The notes below the pieces were generated by a model. That model saw nothing but the letters and a program-made list of their open reading frames with translations, did not search any database and was not told where the DNA came from. A DNA stretch of 63,762 nt, the filler included, from Octopus bimaculoides (Eukaryota): assembly GCF_001194135.2 (NCBI RefSeq). It is 6 parts of 6 records of this genome, joined end to end, with 100 filler letters (N's around TTAATTAATTAA, not from the genome) between each part and the next. Parts side by side here need not be neighbours in the genome. Positions count along the whole stretch, not along the records: positions 34,757 to 46,298 come from NW_026394128.1; positions 46,399 to 50,643 come from NC_068984.1; positions 50,744 to 61,980 come from NC_069002.1; 3 more parts are not named here. One strand, written 5' to 3'. Every line of letters starts with the position of its first letter. The first letter of the stretch is position 1. Both the position numbers and the translations under genes were made by a program. Of this stretch, positions 38,794-52,200 are shown piece after piece.

Positions 38794-39361
38794 TTAATAA
38801 TAAAGGGTGTGACTATATGCCTGAATGTGCACATGTGTGAGTGTGTTTATGTGACTTTCTTATTCTACATTACAGCCTATGATTATAATAAAGTGGGCGG
38901 GGAAAGGGGGTGGGGCAAGACAGTGAAGTGTTGTCGCTGTCGNNNNNNNNNNNNNNNNNNNNNNNNNNNNNNNNNNNNNNNNNNNNNNNNNNNNNNNNNN
39001 NNNNNNNNNNNNNNNNNNNNNNNNNNNNNNNNNNNNNNNNNNNNNNNNNNNNNNNNNNNNNNNNNNNNNNNNNNNNNNNNNNNNNNNNNNNNNNNNNNNN
39101 NNNNNNNNNNNNNNNNNNNNNNNNNNNNNNNNNNNNNNNNNNNNNNNNNNNNNNNNNNNNNNNNNNNNNNNNNNNNNNNNNNNNNNNNNNNNNNTATTCT
39201 TTAGAAGCCTAGTACTTATTCTGTCAGCCTCTTATGCTGAACCGTTAAATTACGGGGACATAAACACACCAGCATCGGTTGTTAAGCGATGCTGGGGGGG
39301 GGACAAACAAAGACACACATACATATACACACACACACACACATATATATATATACATATA

Positions 39362-39527
39362 TACGACGGGCTTCTTTCAGTTTCTATCTACCAAATCCAC
39401 TCACAAGGTTTTGGTCGGCCCGAGGCTATAGTAGAAGACACTTGCCCAAGGTGCCACGCAGTGGGAATGAACCTGGAACCATGTGGTTGGTAAGCAAGCT
39501 ACTTACCACACAGCCACTCCTGCGCCT
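39362..39527 (-). mobile_element. tRNA-derived SINE, family B
   Basis: Reverse complement of AGGAGTGGCTGTGTGGTAAGTAGCTTGCTTACCAACCACATGGTTCC...AAGAAGCCCGTCGTA. Other copies at 40675-40748 (+), 47157-47322 (-), 56267-56430 (+). Confidence 0.85.
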
Positions 39528-40109
39528 TATGTATATATTCTATACAGACATGGCACAAGGCCAGCAATTTTAAGAGAAACAAGTTGATTGCATCAAACCC
39601 ACTGTTCAATAAACACTTATTTTATCAACCTGTGATATGAGAAAGAATTGACTGTTATTTCTAGCAAGTCGAGCGACCATATTGACGATTCTTTGTTAAA
39701 TAGTGTACATACAGCTTTGCGTGTGTGTGTGTGTGTTTGTGTGCGCGCACACACAAACACACACACATATCCATATATGTTCATGTATCATAACATTTCT
39801 ATGTTGCAGTCGGGAGGCGTTGACAGTTTTAGACAACCCTCCCCCCATACACACACAAACACACACCACCGCAGCTATAGATGTAAGACGCACACATACA
39901 TACATACATACATACACACACGCACAAGCATATTCATACATACACATACATATAATATGCATACACACACATTTGTAAGTCACGAAAAGCCTGAAATTTT
40001 AATAGATTCTTTTTATTACTTTTTTGTATTTTTCAAGCTTTGATTATCACACACGTTTCGTTCATTCAGGCAGACAGACAAGCAGGCAGACAGACAAGCA
40101 GGCGGACAA

Positions 40110-40179
<70 letters not shown>

Positions 40180-40640
40180 TTGAGGAAAGTGAACCAGTCC
40201 TTAGCCACTATTGTTGCCAGGCCTACGCTGCCCCGGAGTAGTTAGTTGCACCTGTTAGGATCTTATCCATGGGTTAATTGGCGTATTAAAGCTTGTCTAC
40301 CTATGCATGTGAAGACTAGATCCGGCGGATTCTGCAAAAGAAACATTCGTGGTTCAACGGAGGGGAAGGCGACTGCAGCAACGCATTTCCATCCTCAGTC
40401 GTCTTGACCAGGTCCTTGTCACTGGGTTAAGACGGTCACGGATGAGTGAAGTTGACGATGCACAACTTTTTCTTCACTTTAAACAAAGTTATTGCGCAAG
40501 TCAACAGTCATCCTTAAGAGTGACTATACGATCCTCGTCACTCCGACGAACGTGTGTGTGTGCGCGCGTTCGTCCGTCATGCTGTGATATTGTAAATAAA
40601 GGAGTTATATGTATAAGTCCCTTCGTGACTTTTAACCCGC

Positions 40641-40671
<31 letters not shown>

Positions 40672-41214
40672 GAGTGGCTGTGAGGTAAAAAAAAAACTTG
40701 CTTCCTAACCACGTTCTGGGTTCAGTGGCACCTTGGGCAAGTGTCTTCNNNNNNNNNNNNNNNNNNNNNNNNNNNNNNNNNNNNNNNNNNNNNNNNNNNN
40801 NNNNNNNNNNNNNNNNNNNNNNNNNNNNNNNNNNNNNNNNNNNNNNNNNNNNNNNNNNNNNNNNNNNNNNNNNNNNNNNNNNNNNNNNNNNNNNNNNNNN
40901 NNNNNNNNNNNNNNNNNNNNNNNNNNNNNNNNNNNNNNNNNNNNNNNNNNNNNNNNNNNNNNNNNNNNNNNNNNNNNNNNNNNNNNNNNNNNNNNNNNNN
41001 NNNNNNNNNNNNNNNNNNNNNNNNNNNNNNNNNNNNNNNNNNNNNNNNNNNNNNNNNNNNNNNNNNNNNNNNNNNNNNNNNNNNNNNNNNNNNNNNNNNN
41101 NNNNNNNNNNNNNNNNNNNNNNNNNNNNNNNNNNNNNNNNNNNNNNNNNNNNNNNNNNNNNNNNNNNNNNNNNNNNNNNNNNNNNNNNNNNNNNNNNNNN
41201 NNNNNNNNTATATA

Positions 41215-42483
41215 TCAGGCTGAGTAAAAAGTAAGCAACGTTTTGAAACATGAAATTCATCACAATATATTTCAACAATGCGGAAATTTTATTCATCAAA
41301 GTAAGTACCGTTACAATCAACATATTTTTGCCAACAAGTTACAAGTTTGTTTATTCCGGTGACATAAAAGTCTGGAGTTCTGGGGCTGATGAACTCTTTG
41401 AACGCACTATCAGCATCGGTTTGATTTTTGAACTCCTTCTCTCGCAGGAAACCATCAAGGTGCTTGAAAAAGTGGTAGTCGGTAGGAGAAAGGTATGGGG
41501 AATAAGCTGGGTGGGGAAGAACTTCATAGCCAAGTTTCCTCAACTTCTGGAGCGTCATTAGTGAAACGTGTGGTCGAGCATTGCCATGAAGAATGACTGG
41601 CCCTCTTCTGTTGACCAGTCTGGGATGGAGGGGTAGCAGTTTTTCGTTCATTATGACAATTTCATGGCAATATGTTTCTGCAGTAATGTTTTTTCCGGGT
41701 TTTAAGAAGTTATAGTGGATGAGTCCAATAGTACACCACCAAACAGTCACTACAACCTTCTTTTTGAAGAGCTCGGGTTTAGGGAAAGTTTTCGGTGCTT
41801 CATTTTGGTCCAACCACTATGAAGAACGTTTTTAATTATTGTACAGAATTCACTTTTCATCGCAAGTTACAATACGGTCTAGAAATGGATCGGTCTGGTT
41901 ACGGAGAAGAAGCGACCAGCAAATTTCATATCTGCGCATTTTCTGATTCTCATTCAAATCATGTGGTATCCATCTGTCGAGCTTTTTTGATTTTCCGATC
42001 GTATGCAAATGGTTGCAGGCAGTTTTCTGGCTAACTTGAAGTTTTTTGCCAGTTTTACGTGGATCTTTCTCTATGACGGTCTTTAATTGACCGTCATCGA
42101 TGACAGATGGGCGTCTACTACGCTTCGATCTTCAAGGCTCAGGTCCCCACTGCGAAATCGTTTAAACCATTTTCAAGCTGACCACTCACTGGTCATTCAC
42201 TCAACAAACGTTTCGTTGATATCGCGAGCAGTTTCAGCTGCTTTACGTCCTTTTTTGAAGCTGAATAGTAAAATTGCTCGAACATCGCGCTTTGATAGTT
42301 CCATTTCAGATGATTGGAACAACGATGAAAAAAATATTAATGTTAATTTATTGATGCATTTAAGCAAGTCTGTGTCCGTATTATGTTTAAAATGTTAAAA
42401 ATGTTAAAAAATTCAAGACTCTGCAAAAATCCGGTACACATTCTTCATGGTTCAAAACGTTGCTTACTTTTCACTCAACCAAT
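41215..42483 (-). mobile_element. Full-length (about 1.27 kb) mariner DD34D transposon, inactive
   Basis: TIRs GGCTGAGTAAAAAGTAAGCAACGTTTTGAA / TTCAAAACGTTGCTTACTTTTCACTCAACC enclosing a transposase pseudogene. Confidence 0.92.
41289..42304 (-). pseudogene. Mariner transposase pseudogene
   Basis: MELSKRDVRAILLFSFKKGRKAAETARDIN with stops downstream; VTVWW, LHGNARPH (catalytic D changed to G), HPAYSPYLSPTDYHFF, KLVTCWQKYVDCNG.YFDE*. Confidence 0.9.
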
Positions 42484-42699
42484 CACATCCATTTTAGTAA
42501 TATAGCCATCTCGGTCGAAATCCAGGTTAAGCTCATATGCGTCTGTGTGAATGTGTATGCGCGCGTGATTGTATGAATACATATGCATATATGTTTGCGT
42601 ATGTGTGTTTGTATACACAGACACACACACACATATATATATATATGCATATATAGATACACACATACACACCTTTTTCTTATTAGTTTGGTCTTGATG

Positions 42700-43084
42700 A
42701 AGAGCCTGAGGCTGCCGTAGTCTCGTAGGTTAATCTCACCGTTGACATTGAAACTGTGAACATTCTGTTTAAGCTGTTGCACGTTGACTGTAGGACAGAC
42801 ATGCGCTGTCAGGGAATTCCAGAAGGACGATATTGTGGGGAAGAAAGACTGAGAGTAATGATTACTGGTGGTCTAAGAAGATTACCCTCAACGTGAGTGA
42901 CAAGTGTAGGTAGGTTCAGCGAGTTAAGTGCACTTGAGTGGCTGTGGTGCGATAACAACCAGCTCTGGAGGAGCAATGGCCATTATAGCATCGGCAGAAA
43001 CAAGAGAGTGGGATGATACAGTATACGTGAGACCCTGAGGCGAGAAAACGTCTGTATTTAAATTCAAGTGGCTTTTCTCTAAAG

Positions 43085-43085
<1 letters not shown>
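42700..43085 (-). mobile_element. CR1/L2-like LINE ORF2 C-terminal fragment
   Basis: Minus frames give LFLPML/CYNGHCSSRA and NHYSQSFFPTISSFWNSLTAHV...VQQLKQNV, matching the SFFPR...WNSLP end motif. Confidence 0.6.
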
Positions 43086-43135
<50 letters not shown>

Positions 43136-43424
43136 NNNNNNNNNNNNNNNNNNNNNNNNNNNNNNNNNNNNNNNNNNNNNNNNNNNNNNNNNNNNNNNNN
43201 NNNNNNNNNNNNNNNNNNNNNNNNNNNNNNNNNNNNNNNNNNNNNNNNNNNNNNNNNNNNNNNNNNNNNNNNNNNNNNNNNNNNNNNNNNNNNNNNNNNN
43301 NNNNNNNNNNNNNNNNNNNNNNNNNNNNNNNNNCCTTTCTCGGTATCTCTTACAATATTTCTGTCTCTCTCACTATGTTTCTCGGTCTAATCTCTCTCTC
43401 TCTTTCTCTCTCTGTTTCACTTTC

Positions 43425-43555
43425 TGCCTTTCTCTCTGTCTTCCTTCCTTCTCTCTCTGTCTTCCTTCCTTCTCTCTCTGTCTTCCTTCCTTCTCTCTCT
43501 GTCTTCCTTCCTTCTCTCTCTGTCTTCCTTCCTTCTCTCTCTCTCTCTCTCTCTC
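43425..43555. repeat. 21-bp CT-rich minisatellite (TTCTCTCTCTGTCTTCCTTCC), about 5 copies
   Basis: Direct reading; explains the (LPSLSVF)n and (EREGRKT)n ORFs. Confidence 0.95.
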
Positions 43556-43892
43556 TGTCTGGCATAAATCAGCTATGTTCAGACTTGGAGAGGAATGGAC
43601 ACCTGCCATTTTTGAAATAACCAAAATACACTGACGGTGCCCTTAAGACTTTCTCAAGAGTCGAGGGCCCTAAAAGAATCCATACGTGTAGCAGCAACAC
43701 CATTCCATATGTGGGGACAGTGTTCCATTGCGAGTATCGATTGGACTTTTTTACGGAGGAATGGTAGTTGTTGGGGTCAGTGGTATTTTCTGGTTCCGAA
43801 GAAGAAAGGCCAGTCTGTGAGACACCATCTTTGTTAAATAAGGATGTGCATTTGTCAGGAGAGATACTCATTGGTTGTGAGACCATTAAAGT

Positions 43893-44238
43893 CAGTGATT
43901 CTCAACTGGGATCCATATGACCCCTGGGGCCCATTCAAGATTTTCTTTTTTTTTGGGGGGGGGGTCAACGCAAGCAAAATAGTAAATTGGATACACACAG
44001 TAGTATATTAATTGTCTATGAGAAAAGTTTGATTTAGATGGAAGAAACAGTTGTTTTTTTTTCTCTAACATTTTACATAGTTCAACCTACACAAGTTAAC
44101 GTGCGAAAAAAGAAGAATTTTGAAAGAGGTATCTATAAAACTAGTTTTTAGATATCGAATAGTTATAGGGGTTCCACCAGGATAAAATAGTGATCAAAGG
44201 GGTCCATAGGTAAAAAAAGAAATGGTTGAGAACCACTA
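43893..44238. mobile_element. hAT/Charlie-type MITE, 346 bp
   Basis: TIR CAGTGATTCTCAAC / GTTGAGAACCACTA; 8-bp TSD ATTAAAGT (43885-92) / ATTTAAGT (44239-46). Confidence 0.8.
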
Positions 44239-44954
44239 ATTTAAGTGATCAAACGGTTTCGAGTTGCTGCGTGTTGTTCAGGTTTAAAGGGACGAAGCGC
44301 ATTGATATTTCTTAATCTGTACAGAGGCACAGGTCCCTTTGACGTCAGGACATATCCACACATCTCTGAACCTGTGCCACATATCTAGGGTTCAGCCCTC
44401 CTCGAGCCCTGTATGTTCTAGTTATGGGTCAAGTAACAAAGGTGGTCCCTTCTGTTATTTGACCCATAATTAGGGTCCTTGGTGGGTACTAACAATCGCA
44501 ACGAGCCAGAGCAGACTTGGGAGTAGTGGTGACTAAGGAAAGACTTCATTCTCTCTAAAGTTTCTGAACTCCCCAGCTGGAGCCTCACCATTGGATACAG
44601 TTTAATGCCTTACCAATGTTGTTATTACAATATAAGGATTGAACCCCCACTCCATCCCAGGTTTTCAAATTTCTCGTTGCAATCTAATTCAGAAATCACA
44701 CTGGTCAGTAGTTGCTCGTTTGTTTTAGTTTATTGTTGTTGGCTTGGTTCTCCGTCTGATTACGACGACGAGTGTTCCAAGTGATTTGATCAACGGAACA
44801 GCCTGCTTGTGAAATTAACGTGCAACTGATTGAACACTCCACATACATGTAGTTCTCAGGGAGATTCAGTGTGACAGAGAATGTGACAAGGCTGGTCCTT
44901 TGAATTATAGGTACAGCATATATTTGCCAGCTGAGTGAATCGCTGTTGTTTAAC

Positions 44955-44999
<45 letters not shown>

Positions 45000-45340
45000 C
45001 CTTTCTATTGTGGGCACAAGGCCTGAAATTTGTAGGGAGGGGCTAATCGATCTCATCGACCCCATTACGTAACTAGTACTTATCTCATCGACCCCGAAAA
45101 GATGAAAGGCGAAGTCGATCTCGGTGGAATTTGAACTCAGAACGTAAGGACGGACAAAATGTTTCTAAGCATTTATAAGGATAGCAATAATAATCCTATC
45201 AACTATAGGCACAAAGCCTGAAATTTTGGGGAGATGATTACATCGACTCCAGTGTTCAACTGGTACTAATTTTATCGACTCCAAGAGGATGAAAGGTGAA
45301 ATCGATCTTGGCAGGATTTAAACTCAGATTGTAAAGGGCC
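44955..45340 (-). mobile_element. Two tandem SINE family A copies with (ATT)n tail
   Basis: Two reverse-complement copies of the GTCGATC.CGG..GAATTTGAACTCAG core; (AAT)n at 44955-45000. Confidence 0.8.
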
Positions 45341-45888
45341 GATATTTTTTTTTTCATTCAAGTGTCTGTAGAATATAAGAACATAATGTTAATTGTTTGG
45401 CGAAATTGCTTGTTTTACGATGAGTTTGGTAACGTTTCATCTTTTCCAGCAGTTCCCAAATTGTGGAGTTCTGGGAGACACAAGGTAACAATGGGGCGGG
45501 ACCTACGTGTTGTGTTCAAAATTCTAAACGGCTGCAGGTTAAAATGCATAATTACTCGATAATTACATATAATTATTCAGTCACATCTTTTAATTGAGAA
45601 AAGAAACTGGGAAAACTAGTTTGTCTCAAGTTCATAAAATCGACTTAAAAAGTTGACAAATCTTTAAAAAAAACTGGGACCCATGGGAAAATTCATCAAA
45701 ATATACGAAGGTCCTTCGTTACGGGAAAGTTGGGTATCATAGTTAGTATGTATTGGATTCATATAGTATACATTTATTAAATAGTCTATGCATTTTTGAT
45801 AAATGTAATGTTTGATCTCTCTCTCTCTCTCTCCATATATATATATATATATATCTGTAAAAATATGTGACACTTATTCAGTAGCCAT

Positions 45889-45949
45889 GATAAAACTCCG
45901 AGTTTCGGATGCCAGGGTGGGAGCCCACGCCAACATCTTTTCAGTTATC
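45889..45949 (-). ncRNA. Degenerate hammerhead motif, third family
   Basis: Minus: GATAA-CTGAAAA-GATGTTGG...CTGGCATC-C-GAAAC-TCGGA-GTT-TTATC; perfect 5-bp stem I, extended stem II, core G8 changed to A. Confidence 0.55.
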
Positions 45950-46139
45950 CGGCCAATTGAAAATTCCTGTGAAAAATGACCGTTAAAAACAAAGGGAAAT
46001 TACTGTGTAGTGACAAAACGTGGATGCGTGCGTATTTAGATATATGCGTGTGTGTATGGAGATATGTGCGTGCGTATATGGATATATGCGTGCATGCGAC
46101 AATATACACAGTTTTAGACGCGTTTTGTCACTACACAGA

Positions 46140-46298
46140 AGAGAGTGAGAGAGAGTAAGATAGAAGAGAGTGAGAGAGAGTAAGAGAGAAGAGAGTGAGA
46201 GAGAGTAAGAGAGAAGAGAGTGAGAGAGAGAGAAGAGAGTGAGAGAGGGTAAGAGAGAAGAGAGTGAGAGAGAGTAAGAGAGAGGAGAGAAAGAGTAG
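46140..46298. repeat. GA-rich minisatellite (GAGAGTGAGAGAGAGTAAGAGAGAA-like)
   Basis: Direct reading; ends at a gap. Confidence 0.9.
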
Positions 46299-46792
46299 NN
46301 NNNNNNNNNNNNNNNNNNNNNNNNNNNNNNNNNNNNNNNNNNTTAATTAATTAANNNNNNNNNNNNNNNNNNNNNNNNNNNNNNNNNNNNNNNNNNNNTA
46401 TATATTTATATATATATATATATATATACATACATACATATACATGCATATATACATGCAGATATACATCATATTACATTATTATATATTCTATGTACAA
46501 CATAGTGGCTTCAGAAGGAATAAAATAGATTGAAATATTACAAATTTAGATTTGAGAGAGATAAGAATGTAAATATATTTGTTTTTAATGCCTTTGAAGT
46601 GTCGGAAAATATGGTTGTCTCCTGCCAGACTGTTTTACAGTTTCTTGACTGCAACTAAAATATAGCCGGATTCTTTCTCCATTCAGTCAATTAATAGCAT
46701 AGAATATTCAGCTGCTATATTTGAAGCAATTATAATTTAGTCTTTTACAGTAATGACTAACATATGCACACACACACAAGCACACACACACA

Positions 46793-46837
<45 letters not shown>

Positions 46838-49800
46838 ATACATGCATACTATGCATATATATGTACATATATGTGGGTGTATTCATGCCTATAAATGTTT
46901 ATATATTCTTTTATTCTTTTACATGTTTCAGTCACTTGACTACAGCCATGCTGGAGCACCGCCTTTAGTCGAACAAATCCCCTCTCCAGGACTTATTCTT
47001 TGTAAGCCTAGTACTTCTGTCGGTTTCTTTTATATATATATATATAATATATATATATATATATTATATATATATATATAAATATNNNNNNNNNNNNNNN
47101 NNNNNNNNNNNNNNNNNNNNNNNNNNNNNNNNNNNNNNNNNNNNNNNNATATATATACGACGTGCTTCTTTCAGTTTCCGGCTACCCGATCCACTCACGA
47201 AGCTTTGGTTGGCCTAAAGCTATAGTAGAAGGCACTTGCCCAAGGTGCCACACAGTGGGACTGAACTCACAGCCATGTGGTTAGGAAGCAAGCTTTTTAA
47301 CACACAGCCACTCCTGCGCCTATGTTTATAAATATAGGATAAATATACACACCAGTCCTTGATATTTGTTTGTTTGATTTTTGTACGTTTCTTACTAGAC
47401 TCTGTCACTTATAATTCATTGGAACATTTGTACATTTGTACATTTTGTTTTGTACATTTGTACATTTTTACTGAAATTGTACATTTTCATTGAAATTCTT
47501 TAATTTTTTCATTTCCTTACCGCCTTCCTATAATTTTAAAGAACAGTGTCATAGAATGTTAAAATAATTTATTAAAATAGTTGTCTTTATACATTGCAAG
47601 TTTGCCTAAAATATACAAGAATGGAATAACTTATAGCTGAATCATTTAATAAGTGGAAAAACCCATGCATCCACTAAAAACTTTTTTCTGCGCTGACCGA
47701 TGTCCAAAGTTAGTACAATGTTTCTGCATGAATTTTTCTGCTATTCTTCGTTTGTAAACAAACCGATGTCATGACAGTTATTCACTATTCAACGTCATTA
47801 AGTAAAAACAGCATTTGTAGATCTTTTTATTTTATGAATCTTTGTTCATATACAGCGCTAACAAAACTTAATCCAAATCATAAAAATGACAACATTTTGA
47901 AATATAAAGGATTGTAGGCTCTTTAAAACTAATACAACATGGTTCACAGATTAAGTCAAATGGTTTTCTTCTAAGGTAATTACTCCCCCTTGAAGTTATG
48001 TTAGAAAATTCAGGACTCAAAGATATTATCCCTTGAATATCATGGGAAATTGTTGCTTATGTAAGTTATATTGTGTTGCGTATTGTTCTTGTTGACACAG
48101 TATGTGCTATGATATCGTATTGGAGCTACAGGTCCAGAATAAGTTTCAACCAAATATAAACATGCTGAGTTTGGAATTTTTCAACCTGATACTTTTCTTT
48201 ATATTTGCGTATATGTGTATTATCAGAAAAAGAAAATCAGACTATGTCATGACGCTGGAGAAATTGGAATGTATGATAAAGTAAGTCAGTTTCAGTTAAT
48301 ACATTTTCAAAGCATTTATAATTACAACATGAAAACTAGATTTATAAACAAATACTTCGTGTAGAAAAAGAATAGAAAATGTTAATGAGGAACATGCTGA
48401 ACATGGATAGAAAGAAGACAAAGGGGAATGAATGAGTTAGAAAAGTAGGCGAATTAAGATTACTTTTTAATACAGAACTCTAGAAAGAGTGCCTTTTTCG
48501 GGAGAGTGTATAAATGCGAATAGTGTAAGACCAGTATATGTAGTTGTGAAATACACTCACCTTTCTTCCACATTGTCGCCACTCTCCAATTACATTGCCA
48601 ACTTACAAGTACGTATAATGTCTCTAGTAACTCTCTCAGACTGAGAGTAAGGGAAATCAGTTTCTCGTTATGACCAATGGACATATACCAAAGTCAGCAT
48701 AATGTTTCTTATCAATACAGCATCTTTTGATGGCTGTGTAGCACTCATCTGGTAGAACTAGAATGTGCGCCTTTGATGCACAAAGAGGGAGGCAAACGTC
48801 AACACTAACAGGTAGTGTCAAAACACAGAATACGTCCAGTTTCACAGTCATTCGGGTTAACAGATAACAGTTTATAAATTTTACTTCTAGGTGTCAAGAA
48901 ATATCATATTTACATTTTTTTTCAGACAATTTCCTGTAATATTTTTATTGGCAAAAATAAAATTCACTCTTTGAAGTTCTTCAACAGTTTCTGCATAAAT
49001 AAGAGTTTCAGTTTAATATACCGCAGACGAATCGTTGTCAATATTTACCTGCAGTATTTTCTACATATATAAAATACAGATTCGGGAGGTGTATGAAAAT
49101 GGTTGAACATAAAATTTGACTCTTTCGTGTAAATCATATTCACACTTCCAGTTATATATATATCGATCCCCTTCGTTGCGAAGCAGCGCTCGTTACAAAG
49201 TTATTCAATGATATACACATTTATATATATATANNNNNNNNNNNNNNNNNNNNNNNNNNNNNNNNNNNNNNNNNNNNNNNNNNNNNNNNNNNNNNNNNNN
49301 NNNNNNNNNNNNNNNNNNNNNNNNNNNNNNNNNNNNNNNNNNNNNNNNNNNNNNNNNNNNNNNNNNNNNNNNNNNNNNNNNNNNNNNNNNNNNNNNNNNN
49401 NNNNNNNNNNNNNNNNNNNNNNNNNNNNNNNNNNNNNNNNNNNNNNNNNNNNNNNNNNNNNNNNNNNNNNNNNNNNNNNNNNNNNNNNNNNNNNNNNNNN
49501 NNNNNNNNNNNNNNNNNNNNNNNNNNNNNNNNNNNNNNNNNNNNNNNNNATATATAGTGGCGTACGTACACTTTGGTCTCTTATATGTAAGTATAGATTT
49601 TTCTAAATCTTGTACGACTCTATTTCTGTCTATCAGCCCTTTCACTCTTATTCGTTCATTCCGCTCTTCGTTCTTTCGTTCCCCCTCTCTTACACTTCCT
49701 TGCCTTCTCTTCTTGCTCACTTTCCCTCCACTTTTCACTTCACTGTGTCTCTGTCATTTTTTTCTCGCCCTCCTTAATTCTTTTGTCCCTCTGCCTCTAC

Positions 49801-50743
49801 CTCTCTCTCTTCTCTTCCCACGTAACCGGCGTTCCGCTAAGCCTGATCTTTCTTTCTTGGCTGGCTGTTGTCCGTGTAACATCGATATCCCTCCATGTCC
49901 CTGTGAAATCTTGTATACCTGCCGTAAGGCTTTATTTCCACACACACCAGCTTCATGTAATTCGTTCTTAGTCGAAAGACACCTGTTGTTATGTCCTGTT
50001 ATTATTTTTATTGTATTTGTGTAACATTGTTCGTTTTTTTCCGTCCTTGTTTTTGTATACATTCGCTGCTTTCTTCCAAGGAATCTAATGCATTTAGCTT
50101 AGCTTTTCCTTGGGGCTGGCCAGATTGGAGCAATCTCGAGTATTATCAGCCGAAATTGCGAAGATAATCTGGTACTCGACAGAGGAAAAAAAAACTTCGA
50201 ATGACCCATCCTTGTTTTCTTTGTATCGTCTATCTGAATGTTTTGTTGTTCCATTTTTCAATCACCTAACTATACGGATGTATGATTAAATATGGCGGAA
50301 ATATTCAAATATTATAGCTTAGATATCAAGGACGAAATTTATGTAACAGATGGAAATAGCAAAAGGCAATAAAGCTTCAAAATGAAATTTTAAATAGTGT
50401 CACAGTGGGAAATGAGATAAAATTGAAATCTGTTAGTGTTTAGAATTACAATATATAGAATAAAAAACCGAAAGTTAATCTTGGCAAAGTGAACACTTTG
50501 AGTTATTGAAAACTACAGAAAATTTTAGTGAGTTTCTATGTATGTATGTATGTATGTATATACGTACGTACGTATGTATGTATGCATGAATACATGTATG
50601 TATGCATGAATACATGTATGTATGTTTCTAATTATCTACCTACNNNNNNNNNNNNNNNNNNNNNNNNNNNNNNNNNNNNNNNNNNNNTTAATTAATTAAN
50701 NNNNNNNNNNNNNNNNNNNNNNNNNNNNNNNNNNNNNNNNNNN

Positions 50744-50776
<33 letters not shown>

Positions 50777-50898
50777 TATATATACATGTATATATATATA
50801 CATGCACACATATCTATACGTATATGCATATATATGTATACACTCATATGTATATGTAAATGTATATGTATATATTTGTGTATTTATGTGTATGTATG

Positions 50899-50929
<31 letters not shown>

Positions 50930-51714
50930 GTATGTATGTATGTATGTACATTTATATATCTATACACACCGATGTGTATATGTATATGTACATATCAAAA
51001 TGCTATAGTCATACACAAATATACACAAACAAATGCACCTGCACACACATATATACACGCACGCGCACAAACACACATACATGCATCCACATATACTCTT
51101 GCACACACACACACACACACACACATACGACTACGTACGCACGCATATACACGTATACACAGAGACGCACACACACATACTCACACACACACGCATATAC
51201 CTACGTACGCATGTACATGCACAGACACACTTGGAGAAAAGTCGGTTAAGTGGTATTTGGCCAATTGTAAATCTAAACAACACAAAACTAATGTGAAGAA
51301 ATCTTTCACCGAATTCTTAAAACTAAAAGCCAAAGATGGAACCACTATGTGGTCGCTTGATGTGCTAGAAATAGTAGTCAAATCTCACTCAAAGCACAAC
51401 CTATTGTCTTTAACAATGGAAGGACGCATAAGATTGAGTTCTAGTGACACTGTGTCTGAAAATAGAAGAAAAAGATGGAAAAGTCGTGGTTGGAATGTCT
51501 TTTCATCCGAGGTTTATTTTTTGAAAGCTGACGCTAGGTTTTGCAGCAGTTAAAAGAAACAGCAGGAAACAGCAGCCAAATGCTTCTGAAATACATCGTT
51601 CTTGAAAAAGAAGGATGTGTTTTCTTATGCAGTCGTAGATATAAGAAAAGTCGGAGCGGTTATAGGAATACTTCACAAATGTGCAAGGAAAAAATTTGGT
51701 TTGCTTAAACAACT

Positions 51715-52200
51715 TAATGAATGCTGCAAATACATAGATGATATATTTATACCTAATTTCTTTGAATTTTTACTTATAAAAATATGTCCTGGTGAGCTTA
51801 GGGCCACCAGAAATGGTAATAATATAAAGAATATTAATTACATAGGTGTCAATTTAGTAATTAAGAGTAATGAGGAATCTTCTGACATTTATAACAAAAC
51901 AGAAGATTTTGGTTTCCAAGTAGAATTTCTTCTTTTATAGGTTATGGTGTTTTCTTTTTCTTTTTTTTCAGGCAAGATTATCAGGTACGGCACTATTATA
52001 AATAATACTAATAGATTTTTGGAAAGAATAAATAAACTGTTAAGACATTTAGTAGAACAGGGGTATATAGATGTGGTAAATTAGTTAAAACGTTTAATTG
52101 CTGTTTAGGTGGGAGACTGGGCATTTTAAATAAATATGGTGTAATATCTAACCTTCGACTTTGTAAATATTTGTAAATGTCTAACGGTTTGGATTGTAGG
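51715..52200 (+). mobile_element. Highly decayed Penelope-like RT fragment
   Basis: KYIDDIF, PGELRAT, INYIGVNLVI, DIYNKTEDFGFQV, YGVF...IIRY resemble PLE RT motifs YIDD / YP.EL / YLDL / IYDKRDDF.F / YGVF.SQ.IRY. Confidence 0.65.

Noticed and set aside
40380-40405. CTGAGGATGGAAA on minus (and CTGATGA at 7021) as hammerheads
   Set aside because: No stem II or stem I/III pairing.
43569-43886. 105-aa minus ORF as an exon
   Set aside because: No recognisable domain, no acceptor site, and interrupted upstream by a hAT MITE.
48715-48755. ASFDGCVALIW resembling a WD40 strand
   Set aside because: Immediately followed by a stop and preceded by an in-frame stop; no further repeats.
50786-51553. 255-aa His/Tyr/Ile-rich ORF and similar HT, YI, CV, poly-I, poly-L ORFs
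   Set aside because: Translations of (CA)n, (TA)n and (TAA)n microsatellites.
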